Source: Macrostomum lignano (Eukaryota). Taken from it: a stretch of DNA of 64,000 nt. The DNA lies in contig NIVC01000184.1 of the NCBI GenBank assembly GCA_002269645.1, positions 186,001-250,000 of the forward strand, in the 5' to 3' direction. A program made the position numbers and the translations under genes. Each line of letters starts with the position of its first letter. Position 1 is the first letter of the stretch. The notes under the pieces are model-generated. The model was not told the origin of the DNA, ran no database searches, and worked only from the letters and a program-made list of their open reading frames with translations. Shown here one piece after another: positions 38,501 to 50,025 of the stretch.

Positions 38501-41500
38501 CACACCAATCCATATTCATCAGGACCAGGTGGTCCATTATTTTAGTTTTCCTATATGCTACTCGTACAAAGCAAAACTAACTCTGTAATCCTGCAGTTAC
38601 CTTTCATTAGCAGTTTTTCATAGCTTATAATTATAAACAATGACAGGCCAGTTACACTCGCACTAACCAATCTCTGCCCGCAGGAAGGGCGTCATGTCCT
38701 TAGACAACACCCTCGGCGACCTGGCTTTAGAAATCGGTCGGGCAAACTTGCTTATCTCTCAATACGAAATTGATCGTGTGATTAAGCTGCCCCGTTCGGA
38801 GTCGGCCACTTCAGATTCGCCGGGAACAGCGCCAGATACGGAAGCTGCCGCTGCTGCATCATCGGTGGTCGAAGAGCCAAGCGAAGTGGCGGCAGCTCGG
38901 GCCGAACTATCAGTACTGCAGGACGAACGATTGCGAAGCGAGAAAATGCGATTCCAAGCTGTGGTGGAGATGAAAGCGGCCAGGGATCGGGCTAGGCAGC
39001 TAGAGAATAGCGTTCGGGTATGCTAATTTATTTTGTCGCTGTTTTTCTACTTTAAGTAGCGTAAACAAAATTAAGTGTATGAATTTTATAATTTAAAAAT
39101 GTCGCCTTCTATGTTCTATACTTATAGTAGAGTAAATAGGAAGATTTAACTTAAACCATTATGTTTTTGAAAGCATCGACTTAGAACTAAATAAAAAACT
39201 TCACTTTCCACTTGTAAAGAAAATAATAAATAATCTACTTTTAATTGAGTTTAATTGAATAAGTAAGACAGAAAAGTGGGCGCTAGGCACAAGCGGGTAT
39301 ATTTATATCAATAAGCTAGGGAGGGGTAGGATTGAGTGCAAGATAAGACGAGGAGGGGTAGAGTGCGCGGTTGAGGAAAGAGGCGAGATTGAAGAGCCAA
39401 TCAGAAGGCAGCGAGGGAGAGAGATAAGAATAATGAGATTGACCTGGACAGAAAGGGAGAGAAAACAGAGAGGAGTGCAGATGAACTTGAGAAATGACTG
39501 AATTGGTTGTTTTTTTAAATAAACTATTATTACTTACAGTAGCACATTTAGCAAATGTTTGGAATTGTTTTTAAAACACTTCTACAGGCAAAGCTGACCA
39601 ACGAAGAGGAGCGCGAGATTCTGAAACTGCTCAGCCAATTAAATGCGCTAGAAATGGAGAATGCCGAAGTTCAAGCCGAAGCGTTTCTCAAATCGATGGA
39701 GATACGCAAACGGGATTTGCTGCTATCCAGATTCCGATCTCACAGGCAGCTGTGTCATGCTATTATTAGTAGGCAGAAGCGATTATTAGCTAGCATGGGC
39801 GCACGGCTGCCCAAGAGTTTGGCGCGGATGCACGAAGTGTACGATAGCGGGCCGGTCGATGAGGATGACGCCGTGTTTCAGCGCAGTATGGGAGTCAGCC
39901 TCCCGGATCTGGACCAGCTGGAGAGCCACGTTAGTAAATTACAGCCATTGCAAAACCCGTCTTTAACCCTGCCATTACCACCCGCCTGAAACCCTATAAC
40001 CCACACTAAACCCTACCACTAACACCCTGAACCCTACCATTAACAACCCTGAACCCTAACATTAACACCCTGAACCCTACCATTAACACCCTGAACCCTA
40101 ACATTAACACCCTGAACCCTACCATTAACACCCTGAACCCTAACATTAACACCCTGAACCCTACCATTAACACCCTGAACCCTAACATTAACACCCTGAA
40201 CCCTACCATTAACACCCTGAACCCTACCATTAACACCCTGAACCCTACCACTAACACCCTGAACCCTAACATTAACACCCTGAACCCTAACATTAACACC
40301 CTGAGCCCTACCATTAACAGCCTGAACCCTACCATTAACACCCTGAACCCTACCATTAACAGCCTAAACCCTACCACTAACACCCTGAACCCTACCATTA
40401 ACAGCCTGAACCCTACCATTAACAGCCTGAACCCTATCACTAACACCCTGAACCCTACCATTAACACCCTGAACCCTACCATTAACAGCCTGAACCCTAT
40501 CACTAACACCCTGAGCCCTACCATTAACACCCTGAACCCTACAACTAACACCCTGAAACCTACCAATAACACTCTGAACCCTACCATTAACACCCTGAAC
40601 CCTACAACTAACACTCTGAACCCTACCACTAACACCCTGAACCCTACCACTTCAGGCTCGCGTGCTTCACCAGCCTCAGCAGCAGCAGCACAGCACCATC
40701 GCAACGCCCCAGCAACCATTCGATCGATTGTTTCACCCTCGAACCGCCGCGGTTGCCGCCGCCGCCTCATCGTCGCCGTCTTCTCAGCAGCCTGCCTTAG
40801 CAACAACAGGCAAGCCGCATCATCTGCCGCAGCTCACAGCCTCCAGCCTAGCCTGGCACAACAGCGGCCAGATGCTAGCTGGCTATCTGTCCGAGGACGA
40901 TCTGCTGTCCGACAGGCGATCGATTTGGACTGACAATACCTGGCTGTCCAAGAATAATAATAACAACAATAGATCCCGTCTGAAGCATCCGGGCTATCAG
41001 CAGCAGCAACAGCAACGCAGAAGGAAGAAGCATCGCAGTTTGGAACCGGCCAGGGTAGACTTGGGTCTGGGGTTACAGCAGCAGCAGCAACAACAGCAAA
41101 CTCAATCTTCAACTCGCAATAAAAGTCTAATGATCAAAGAGGAACCCGCTGTGCCTGCGGCACCAGCCAGCCAGCGTAAGAAACGATTGGTTGGCGTCAA
41201 TTCGACCAAGACTAAGCCTGCAGCCGCCAAAGGCGTTCGAGTTCAACAGCATCGAGGGCCTAGAAATACTAATGGCGTCAGTGCAACTGGGCCGGGTTCG
41301 TTTTTTGAAGCCATTTTGAAACAGTCTAACACCGCTATCACCCCAGTTTACTATCACCCCGGTTTATAGTGCCACTATCACCCCAGTTTATAGTTCCACT
41401 ATTACCCCAGTTTACTGCCGCTATCACCCCAGTTTATAGCGCGACTATCACCCCAGTCTATTGGCACTATCACCCCAGTTTATAGCGCGACTATCACCCC

Positions 41501-42504
41501 AGTCTATTGGCACTATCAGCCCAGTTTAGTGCCACTATCACCCCAGTTTATAGTTCCACTATTACCCCAGTTTACTGCCGCTATCACCCCAGTTTATAGC
41601 GCGACTATCACCCCAGTCTATTGGCACTATCAGCCCAGTTTAGTGCCACTATCACCCCAGTTTATAGTGCCGCTATCACCCCAGTTTATAGTGCCTCTAT
41701 CACCCCAGTTTATAGTGCCACTATCACCCAAGTTTATTGCCACTATCACCCCAGTTTATAGTGCCACTATCACCCAAGTTTATTGCCACTATCAGCCCAG
41801 TTTATAGTGCCACTATCACCCCAGTTTATAGTGCCACTATCACCCCAGTTTATAGTGCCACTATCACCCCAGTTTATAGTGCCACTATCACCCCAGTTTA
41901 TAGTGCCACTATCACCCCAGTTTATAGTGCCACTATCACCCCAGTTTATAGTGCCACTATCACCCCAGTTTATAGTGCCGCTATCACCCCAGTTTATAGT
42001 GCCGCTATCACCCCAGTTTATAGTGCCACTATCACCCCAGTTTATAGTGCCACTATCACCCCAGTTTATAGTGCCACTATCACCCCAGTTTATAGTGCCA
42101 CTATCACCCCAGTTTATAGTGCCGCTATCACCCCAGTTTATAGTGCCACTATCACCCGAGTTTTTAGTGCCACTATCGCTCAGTAAAAGCAAGCCTGCTA
42201 CAAACCTGTCATTCCAGACGAGTCGATATCGGCCACAACAGCATCTACCGGTCAGTCCGCACCAAATCTTGATCAGAAATCGTCAAAAGGTGTGCTTGTG
42301 TGTGCAAGTTTTTTATTTCCTACAAATAGTTATTCGTTTTAAATAATTATTGTTTAATTTGCTTTTTACTCAGGCATCCAGCCCAACGAATCGATGGCTT
42401 TAACTAAAGATTCCAGTCAGGTGCGCGGGCGTCAGCGATCCGAGGGTCGCCTATTGCCGGAAATCGGTGTTGCTGGTCAGGCAGTTACCCAGCGACCGAG
42501 TTAA
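32507..42504 (+). CDS. KIF19: kinesin-8 family motor KIF19-like, about 930 aa
   Basis: Exons 32507-32551, 32712-32903, 34290-34377, 35259-35521, 35829-35921, 36505-37097, 38684-39017, 39588-39929, 40656-41295, 42218-42289, 42374-42504. P-loop GATGAGKT, SSRSHA, DLAGSER, EGAHINRSLLALGNCINAL, and KIF19-type DPDDILRANRSRE and HIAQYT. The last three exon junctions are tentative (weak donor at 41296). Confidence 0.93.
32930..34185. repeat. 25-bp intronic minisatellite (CAGATCCCATATCAGATAATCACCC)
   Basis: About 50 units in KIF19 intron 2. Confidence 0.96.
34845..35240. repeat. 29-bp intronic minisatellite (TCTCATCTATTCTCCAATCTCCATTAGTA)
   Basis: KIF19 intron 3, running up to the acceptor. Confidence 0.93.
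35535..35765 (+). mobile_element. tRNA-headed SINE family B with CORE-like domain
   Basis: B box GGTTCGATTC; CORE-like segment at 35614-35674; near-identical copies at 52225, 56725 and 59438. Lies in KIF19 intron 4. Confidence 0.85.
35955..36478. repeat. 27-bp intronic minisatellite (GCAGATTCAGTAGGCAGCGGAGATCAG)
   Basis: About 19 units in KIF19 intron 5. Confidence 0.96.
37165..37650. repeat. 23-bp intronic minisatellite (AGCGCCATTATTAGGTAGATAAG)
   Basis: KIF19 intron 6; a second degenerate GTGACCCC repeat at about 38285-38500. Confidence 0.92.
39985..40650. repeat. 21-bp intronic minisatellite (AACCCTACCATTAACACCCTG)
   Basis: About 31 units in KIF19 intron 8; the last unit runs straight into the TTCAG acceptor. 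Confidence 0.96.
41330..42180. repeat. 24-bp intronic minisatellite (CCACTATCACCCCAGTTTATAGTG)
   Basis: About 35 units in KIF19 intron 9. Confidence 0.95.
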
Positions 42505-42714
42505 TACCCAAGGCTAAGGCTTTATAACTATTCCGTCTGTTTCTCTTGTTTGTTTTTCCTTCAGATCGGCTGCCTTTTTAAACAGAATTTCATTTGCTGC
42601 TTCAATTCTTTTTTGTTGCCTAATTATTTACTCTTCTAGTCTGCTGCAGCACCGTCTATGCGTCTGTTTTGTGTATTAGATCGGCTGTTTCAATTGGACA
42701 AGTCTCATTCTGAT

Positions 42715-43345
42715 TGTTTTGGCGCCAATCGACAATTTGTTTTGGCGCAAATTGATAATTTTTTGTCTCCAATCGATAATTTGCTTTTGGCGCCAATTAA
42801 TAGTTTATTTAGGCGCCAATTAATAGTATATCTTGGCGCCAATCAAAAGTTTATTTTGGCGCCAATCAATAGTTTATTTTGGCGCAAATTGATAATTTTT
42901 TGTCGCCAATCGATAATTTGCTTTTGGCGCCAATTAATAGTTTATTTTGGCGCCAATTGATAGTGTATTTTGGCGCCAATAAATAGTTTATTTTGGCGCC
43001 AATTGATAGTTTATTTTGGCGCCAATCAATAGTTTATCTTGGCGCCAATTAATAGTTTATTTAGGCGCCAATTAATAGTATATTTTGGCGCCAATTAATA
43101 GTATATTTTGGCGCCAATTAATAGTTTCTTTTGGCGCCAATTAATAGTGTATTTTGGCGCCAATCAATAGTTTATTTTGGCGCCAATTAATAGTATATCT
43201 TGGCGCTAATCAATAGTTTATTTTGGCGCCAATTGATAGTATATCTTGGCGCCAATTGATAGTTTTTTGGCGCCAATTAATCTTTCTGGCGCTAATTGAT
43301 AGTTTAATTATTTTTGCGCCGATCGAATTTTTATTTTGGCGCCCA
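42715..43345. repeat. 23-bp minisatellite with palindromic TTGGCGCCAA core
   Basis: About 27 units downstream of the KIF19 stop codon. Confidence 0.94.
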
Positions 43346-43741
43346 AACACAGTTCATTCTATATAATACGGACTGCTGGTATTGCACCAAATAAAACTGA
43401 TATTTTTTTATAACCCAGTGCAATATTCGTTTTTACTTGAAATTCTACTGTGAGTAATGACTTTATGTAGAATTGCAAACTATCACTGTACATTCTTTTA
43501 AAGTATAATCGTTGTAAAGTGTAGATATACACTTCGTTGTAATCTAATCGTTGTAATCTATCAATAGATTCTTGAATCTATTGATAGATTTTGACAAGTA
43601 TAGCAGATAATGTGTTTGCCCTGTCTATCTAGTCTATTTTTGGATAAAATAAATAAAAGATATACTAGCAAAAAGTAAATCATTGAGATTTTAAACAGAT
43701 ATAAAATTAGAAGGCTTTTGTTCTTCAAAAAATTTAATAAT

Positions 43742-43814
43742 AGCCCCTGGGGAGGATCGAACTCCCGACCCCTGGTTTACGAGACCAGTGCTCTAGCCAC
43801 TGAGCTACAGAGGC
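43742..43814 (-). tRNA. trnT-CGT: tRNA-Thr(CGT)
   Basis: Cloverleaf: acceptor stem GCCTCTG/CAGGGGC, anticodon arm CTGGT-CT CGT AA-ACCAG, T-loop GTTCGAT, discriminator U; T-run terminator about 10 nt downstream. Confidence 0.96.
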
Positions 43815-44184
43815 GGTCAATCTTACCAGACTGTCTGGCAGTTTAAATTGCTAGTATTGCAACATCTGTTGCCAACCTGGCATTGAGTCTCTTCTAGAAG
43901 AGTCGAGGGCAAATCTCCTCCCCTCCCACACTGTGATCTGGTTTCTGCTTTCATTATAGTTTGGGATTATATAGCTGGCTGGGGGCTCTTTACCCCGATT
44001 TCTCATGACAGTTTTGTTGCGCAGGCACGAGAGCACAAACAATTAAGATTATCACAATTCAAGCTGAGATAAGAGCGAGGGGTTAAACTTGTGAAGACAG
44101 AAGTTTATCCCTGGAGCAGAATTGCCCCAGTGCTGGCTGGAGCGTTTTAGATTAGAACGCTTACGAGTGCTTTTTGCCATAGAC

Positions 44185-44427
44185 CAAGGGTCCGCAAACT
44201 TTTTTACCTAAAGGGCCAGATATAGAAAACCTAGAGCAGATAAGGGATATAGGGGAATTGAGAGACGAGGGAATAAAGGAGAAGAGAAGAGTGAGAGCAG
44301 AGGGGAATGGAGATTAGAGAGAACAGCGCTGAGAAGAGATGCAAGCGCTGGATTGCTATTGTGAAGTTTCAAAGGACCCGAGGGCCGGATAGTAGAAGCT
44401 TTGCGGGCCGGAGTTTGCCAACCCCTG
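44185..44427. mobile_element. hAT (Charlie/MER58-like) MITE, 243 bp
   Basis: TIRs CAAGGGTCCGCAAACT and CAGGGGTTGGCAAACT (13/16 match); perfect 8-bp TSD CCATAGAC; subterminal GGGCCGGA motifs. Confidence 0.88.
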
Positions 44428-44678
44428 CCATAGACGCACAATTTTGCGTTCTCGAATCACTCATTTTCTCGTTTTACTCTGCGCGCTTTGCCATAGACAT
44501 TGATCGCGTGCAGAACCTGTCAATCCTGCAGGCAGAGTCAAGCGAGAATATTGCAATAACTTGTGGGACGATGTCGCTCTAGGGTCCCAGGTAGCTTACA
44601 AATATTCCTACTATTATATAGATCAAATTGAGTATAGGAGCAAACAATTTATTCCTTATTGGGAGAATCAAGATATTA

Positions 44679-45040
44679 GAGGAGGCCGTAGCCCAGCGGT
44701 AGCGCAGCTGCTCTGGTGTGCCAGCGACCCAGGCTCGATTCCAAGTGCAGTCACATTAATTTGGGGCTGAATTGGAATCTCGGCTTGGCTCTGCTCGTGC
44801 AATTAACGGCCTTGAGAGCCAACCCCCCAAGGCGCAGTGAAGTGTACATGCCTAACGATAAAATAAAGTTAGGGCCGCTGTACACTCCTGTGTGAGTGTG
44901 TGCCTGCGTACGTATCCGCGCGCTTGTATGCCTGCTCAGGGGAGTCGGCGGAATGGGCAGTAATGCCTCTCACCGGTTGTGTGCCTATGTCGCTTAAAGT
45001 GCGCCAGGGTGCACACAACCCCCCTGCCCTAATAAAAAAA
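44679..45040 (+). mobile_element. tRNA-headed SINE family A, full length
   Basis: A box TAGCCCAGCGG, B box GGCTCGATTCC, oligo(A) tail, 15-bp TSD AGAATCAAGATATTA (44664-44678 and 45041-45055). Confidence 0.92.
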
Positions 45041-45159
45041 AGAATCAAGATATTAAAGACTTGTTTTTCATTGTCGATGGCCCAAAAGAGGGGTCTATGG
45101 AGCAACAAATTTGAGAATCTGGGCGCGCAATTAATCCCTATCACAATGCTCGTATACCC

Positions 45160-45390
45160 TTAACGAATAAAATTCACTGATATAAAGTCTGCAACTAGAT
45201 GGCATATCAAAAAAACGATTGACATTAACACTTTGATTTCAGAGAAACCAATCAAAACAGGCAAAGGCAAAATCATGGCATACAGTATAAGCCGAGAACA
45301 ATCGTGTCTCTCACGATGCTCATCCACTGCATCTTGGGCTGCAGCAGAACTTTCATCACTGCTCTGCTCGCTAAATTCTTCGTCTGCCAT
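45160..45390 (-). CDS. putative small membrane protein, 76 aa
   Basis: ATG-initiated; acidic N-terminus and two hydrophobic stretches; no homology recognised. Confidence 0.35.
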   Translation of the reverse strand: MADEEFSEQSSDESSAAAQDAVDEHRERHDCSRLILYAMILPLPVLIGFSEIKVLMSIVFLICHLVADFISVNFIR

Positions 45391-45774
45391 ATCTATCTTT
45401 GTCTAATGAAATCTGTTATTTTCTATGGTCTAAGGCTTGCACAACTGTGGAAAGGATTAATAGCGCGCCCAGATTCTCAAATTGGTTGTCCCATAGACCC
45501 CCCTTTCGGGCGATAGACAATGGGCCGTATGTATAAAGCACTGTCTATGGTAGTCCGGACTTAAAAAGCTAGTCTAGACTTGGATTTGGTATGCAGTAAA
45601 CACGAAGTTAGACCGGTCTACTATAGACAGAACTAGGGTAGTTTTGTCTGTGATAGTTTAGTCTTACTTTGGTATGCATAAAAGTTTTGACTAGTTAGTC
45701 CGGACTAGACAAAACCTAGCCTGCTCTAGAGCTGTCTTGATAGCTAATTTTGCATTGCCTTCGCCCTTAGACGA

Positions 45775-45960
45775 TTGAAAAAAAAAGATTTTTTGGTTGC
45801 GATAGATTTAGTTCAGCGAGACCTCCGTCGACAACGCATATTTCGTGATCGGTTGGAGCCACTTCAACAATTCTCGGAGGTTGAAATTAAAAGACTGTTT
45901 CGGTTTGAACCTAGATCACTTCTATCACTTGTGGAGCTTGTCGAGCCAAATGTCCCTGTA
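45775..45960 (+). pseudogene. PIF/Harbinger transposase N-terminal relic
   Basis: RRQRIFRDRLEPLQQFSEVEIKRLFRF...LLSLVELV resembles HARBI1-type N-termini as recalled; no catalytic region follows. Confidence 0.55.
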
Positions 45961-46358
45961 GAACGTCAAGAAGAACTGTTTCGTAGTCTGTTGTCGCTGA
46001 CATTTCACAAGTATACACAGAATCAGTATAAGAACGGTTAAGTTAGCGACCCAGTATATAAACAGAAAGCATTTACAGGGGTTTGGGCCATAGAACTAAA
46101 AAACCATTAAAACTAGGCGCTAAAGTTGGGCGCTCTGTCTAGCTTAGACTAGTCTAGCCTAGACTAGTCTTCAATAGCTTGATTCTCCCACTAAGGATTA
46201 AATTGCTGGCTCCTAGGCTCAATTGGCTTGAGAAATGCAATATTAAAGTTCCTCTGTCGTCAGGACAGTACACAGGTCAATTAGCAAATTTAACTTCTTT
46301 ATCTATCAGGTGGTCGGGATGACTGGAGTATTCAATTTAAACAAATCAAAACTTGCAG

Positions 46359-49300
46359 GAATCCCTAGTGCTAGTATCCGGTTTACCAGCTGGTGCCGAA
46401 CTGGGCATCGATTGGTACACCTGGACTTGCGGGCCGGCTTTTTCCGGTGTACGAGCCGTGCCGTCCGGTGTGCACCTGCTGCACGCCTCGGCTGGGCCGG
46501 CCGGTCTGCGCTGCGGTCGGCTGTTTTGGCTTGACGACCAGCCATCGGAGCGTGTTGTGCTGCGCTACAAGTGGTGCCCGGCGGAAGAGTGCCTGCTGCC
46601 GTATGATGATGCAGATGGCGGGTCGGGCGATCCGGCACCCGCCGCTGCTGCTCTGGAGGCTCTGTGTGCTCCGTATCCGGAGAAAACGCTGAAAAGGTGG
46701 AGAAGCGGCTCGTTATCGTCTTGAGGCTCATTAGATCATTAACCTAGCTCTTGCAGATTGAGTCAGTTCTATTCTACTTCGTAGATGCTCTAGATTGAGT
46801 CGGCTCTATTCTAGATGCTCTAGATTGAGTCAGCTCTATTCTAGATGTCTTAGATTGAGTCAGTTCTATTCTACTTCGTAGATGCTCTAGATTGAGTCAG
46901 ATCCATTCTAGATGTCCTAGATTGAGTCAGATCCATTCTAGATGCTCTAGATTGAGTCAGCTCCATTCTAGATGTCCTAGATTGAGTCAGCTCCATTCTA
47001 GATGTCCTAGATTGAGTCAGCTCCATTCTAGATGTCCTAGATTGAGTCAGCTCCATTCTAGATGTCCTAGATTGAGTCAGCTCAATTCTAGATGCTCTAG
47101 ATTGAGTCAGCTCCATTCTAGATGCTCTAGATTGAGTCAGATCCATTCTAGATGCTCTAGATTGAGTCAGATCCATTCTAGATGCTCTAGATTGAGTCAG
47201 CTCCATTCTAGATGCTCTAGATTGAGTCAGCTCCATTCTAGATGCTCTAGATTGAGTCAGCTCCATTCTAGATGTCCTAGATTGAGTCAGCTCCATTCTA
47301 GATGCTCTAGATTGAGTCAGATCCATTCTAGATGCTCCTCTAGATTGAGTCAGCTCCATTCTAGATGCTCTAGATTGAGTCAGATCCATTCTAGATGCTC
47401 TAGATTGAGTCAGATCCATTCTAGATGCTCTAGATTGAGTCAGCTCCATTCTAGATGCTCTAGATTGAGTCAGCTCTATTCTAGATGTCTTAGATTGAGT
47501 CAGTTCTATTCTACTTCGTAGATGCTCTAGATTGAGTCAGCTCCATTCTAGATGCTCTAGATTGAGTCAGCTCCATTCCAGATGTCCTAGATTGAGTCAG
47601 CTCCATTCTAGATGCTCTAGATTGAGTCAGCTCCATTCTAGATGCTCTAGATTGAGTCAGATCCATTCTAGATGCTCTAGATTGAGTCAGCTCCATTCCA
47701 GATGTCCTAGATTGAGTCAGCTCCATTCTAGATGCTCTAGATTGAGTCAGCTCCATTCTAGATGCTCTAGATTGAGTCAGATCCATTCTAGATGCTCTAG
47801 ATTGAGTCAGCTCCATTCTACATGTCCTAGATTGAGTCAGCTCTATTCTAGATGCTCTAGATTGAATCAGCTCCATTCTAGATGCTCTAGATTGAGTCAG
47901 CTCCATTCCAGATGCTCTAGATTGAGTCAGATCCATTCTAGATGCTCTAGATTGAGTCAGCTCCATTCTAGATGCTCTAGATTGAGTCAGCTCCATTCTA
48001 GATGCTCTAGATTGAGTCAGCTCCATTCTAGATGCTCTAGATTGAGTCAGCTCCATTCTAGATGCTCTAGATTGAGTCAGCTCTATTCTAGATGTCTTAG
48101 ATTGAGTCAGTTCTATTCTACTTCGTAGATGCTCTAGATTGAGTCAGCTCCATTCTAGATGCTCTAGATTGAGTCAGATCCATTCTAGATGCTCTAGATT
48201 GAGTCAGATCCATTCTAGATGCTCTAGATTGAGTCAGCTCCATTCTAGATGTCCTAGATTGAGTCAGCTCCATTCTACATGTCCTAGATTGAGTCAGCTC
48301 CATTCTAGATGCTCTAGATTGAGTCAGCTCCATTCCAGATGCTCTAGATTGAGTCAGATCCATTCTAGATGCTCTAGATTGAGTCAGATCCATTCTAGAT
48401 GCTCTAGATTGAGTCAGATCCATTCTAGATGCTCTAGATTGAGTCAGCTCCATTCTAGATGCTCTAGATTGAGTCAGCTCCATTCTAGATGCTCTAGATT
48501 GAGTCAGATCCATTCTAGATGCTCTAGATTGAGTCAGATCCATTCTAGATGCTCTAGATTGAGTCAGCTCCATTCTAGATGCTCTAGATTGAGTCAGATC
48601 CATTCTAGATGCTCTAGATTGAGTCAGATCCATTCTAGATGCTCTAGATTGAGTCAGATTCATTACTCAGATTGTCAGATTGAGCCTTACAAATGCTAGA
48701 CGAATTAGCACCTGCACGAAGCTGACACTGTTTACTACATGCACTTTTGCTCATCCAGATGGCGCGATCTGACCAGTTTCGCTTGGAGCCAGCGCAGTCG
48801 TCTTATCTGGCTGACAGACCGCGCACTGGACAGCCTCAGCGACTGTCTGTTCGCGGCTCCGCTGCCGCCCGGACATCCAGCTGGCTGTCCGGCCAGTGAG
48901 ATCACGCGGCATCGTTTAGACCGCAGCTGGGCTCTAGCAGAACTGCTTCGCCACTCTGGTAGGCAGTTTACTGCCGAGGACAAAACTTTTGATATCATTG
49001 GAGCAGCAGCCATTGCTGATAATGATGATGATGAAGATTCCGAAGCCTTGCTTCTAGCTGAACTGCAGCTATCATTTGTCCTGGCCGTTACTCTGCACAA
49101 CTCCGCTTGCTTAGACCGTTGGCTGGGACTTTTGAACCATCTGTGCCGGGTGCGCGAGGCTCTGCTCAGTAAACGGAGACTCTTTGTCAACCTGCTGCGC
49201 TGCCTCCTGCCTCAGCTCATCGCCCTGTCGTCATCTGGCGCCGAGTCTTCCGAGCCGGCGCCTGTTGGACTGCGCGCTCTGCTCATCGACCTGTGGCAGA

Positions 49301-49458
49301 ACTGCAGCATTGCCGCGAAAGAGGACAGCAGCGGAGCGTTCGGCTCGGAGATTGCTGGTCCGTTGGATGCGATTCAAGCATTAGCTGGTAGATTGTGGGG
49401 CTGGCGACTGGACTGCGAGGAAGACGAAGATGCTGCGGATGTCGACGCTGACGCGTGA
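46359..49458 (+). CDS. AAR2: AAR2 splicing factor (U5 snRNP assembly), about 345 aa; start codon unresolved
   Basis: Exons 46359-46696 and 48759-49458 join in phase 2. Motifs LPAGAELGIDW...GPAFSGVRAVPSGVHLL, PYPEKTLKRW, PASEITRHRLDRSWAL, LAELQLSFV, RWLGLLNHLC. Confidence 0.88.
46752..48660. repeat. 30-bp intronic minisatellite (AGATTGAGTCAGCTCCATTCTAGATGCTCT)
   Basis: About 63 units filling the AAR2 intron, with higher-order block structure. Confidence 0.97.
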
Positions 49459-49584
49459 TTTGCTTAAATTGATGATTTCCGGTTATGAGTGCTTTTTCTC
49501 TACGAGTGTCTACGTGTTCTTTACTGTATGCTTCTGTGAGTGCATCGCCTGCAGTAAATGGGATTGTCAACTCGAGTGTCAGAA

Positions 49585-50025
49585 AAACAGCAACAACAAC
49601 AACAACAACTACAACAATAACAGCAACAACAACAGCAACAAGTACAACAACAACATTAACAGCAACAGCAACAATTACAACAACAACATTAACAGCAACA
49701 GCAACAATTACAACAACAACATTAACAGCAACAGCAACAATAACAACAGCAGCAATAACAACAACAACAACAACAAAAGCAGTAATAAAAACAACAACAA
49801 CAATTACAATATCAACAGCAACGACAATAACTCCAAAAAATAACAACCACAACAACAGCAACAACAACAACTACAACAAAAATAACACCAACGGCAACAA
49901 CAGCAGCAACAACAACAGCAACAGCAACAATAACAACAACAACAGCAACCACAACAACAACAATAAGATTAACAATAACAACAGCAACAACAGCAGCAAA
50001 AATAACAACAACAAAAGACTTAACC
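49585..50025. repeat. imperfect (AAC/AGC/AAT)n microsatellite
   Basis: About 145 triplets downstream of the AAR2 stop codon. Confidence 0.95.

Noticed and set aside
39985-40650. AACCCT-containing array as telomeric repeat
   Set aside because: AACCCT is a single subword of a 21-bp unit; no (TAACCC)n run.
1187-48699. Long repetitive ORFs (e.g. 3199-4260, 5593-6456, 8211-9050, 31645-32373, 40006-40806, 46871-48699)
   Set aside because: They coincide exactly with minisatellites, occur on both strands, and mostly lie within introns of well-supported genes.
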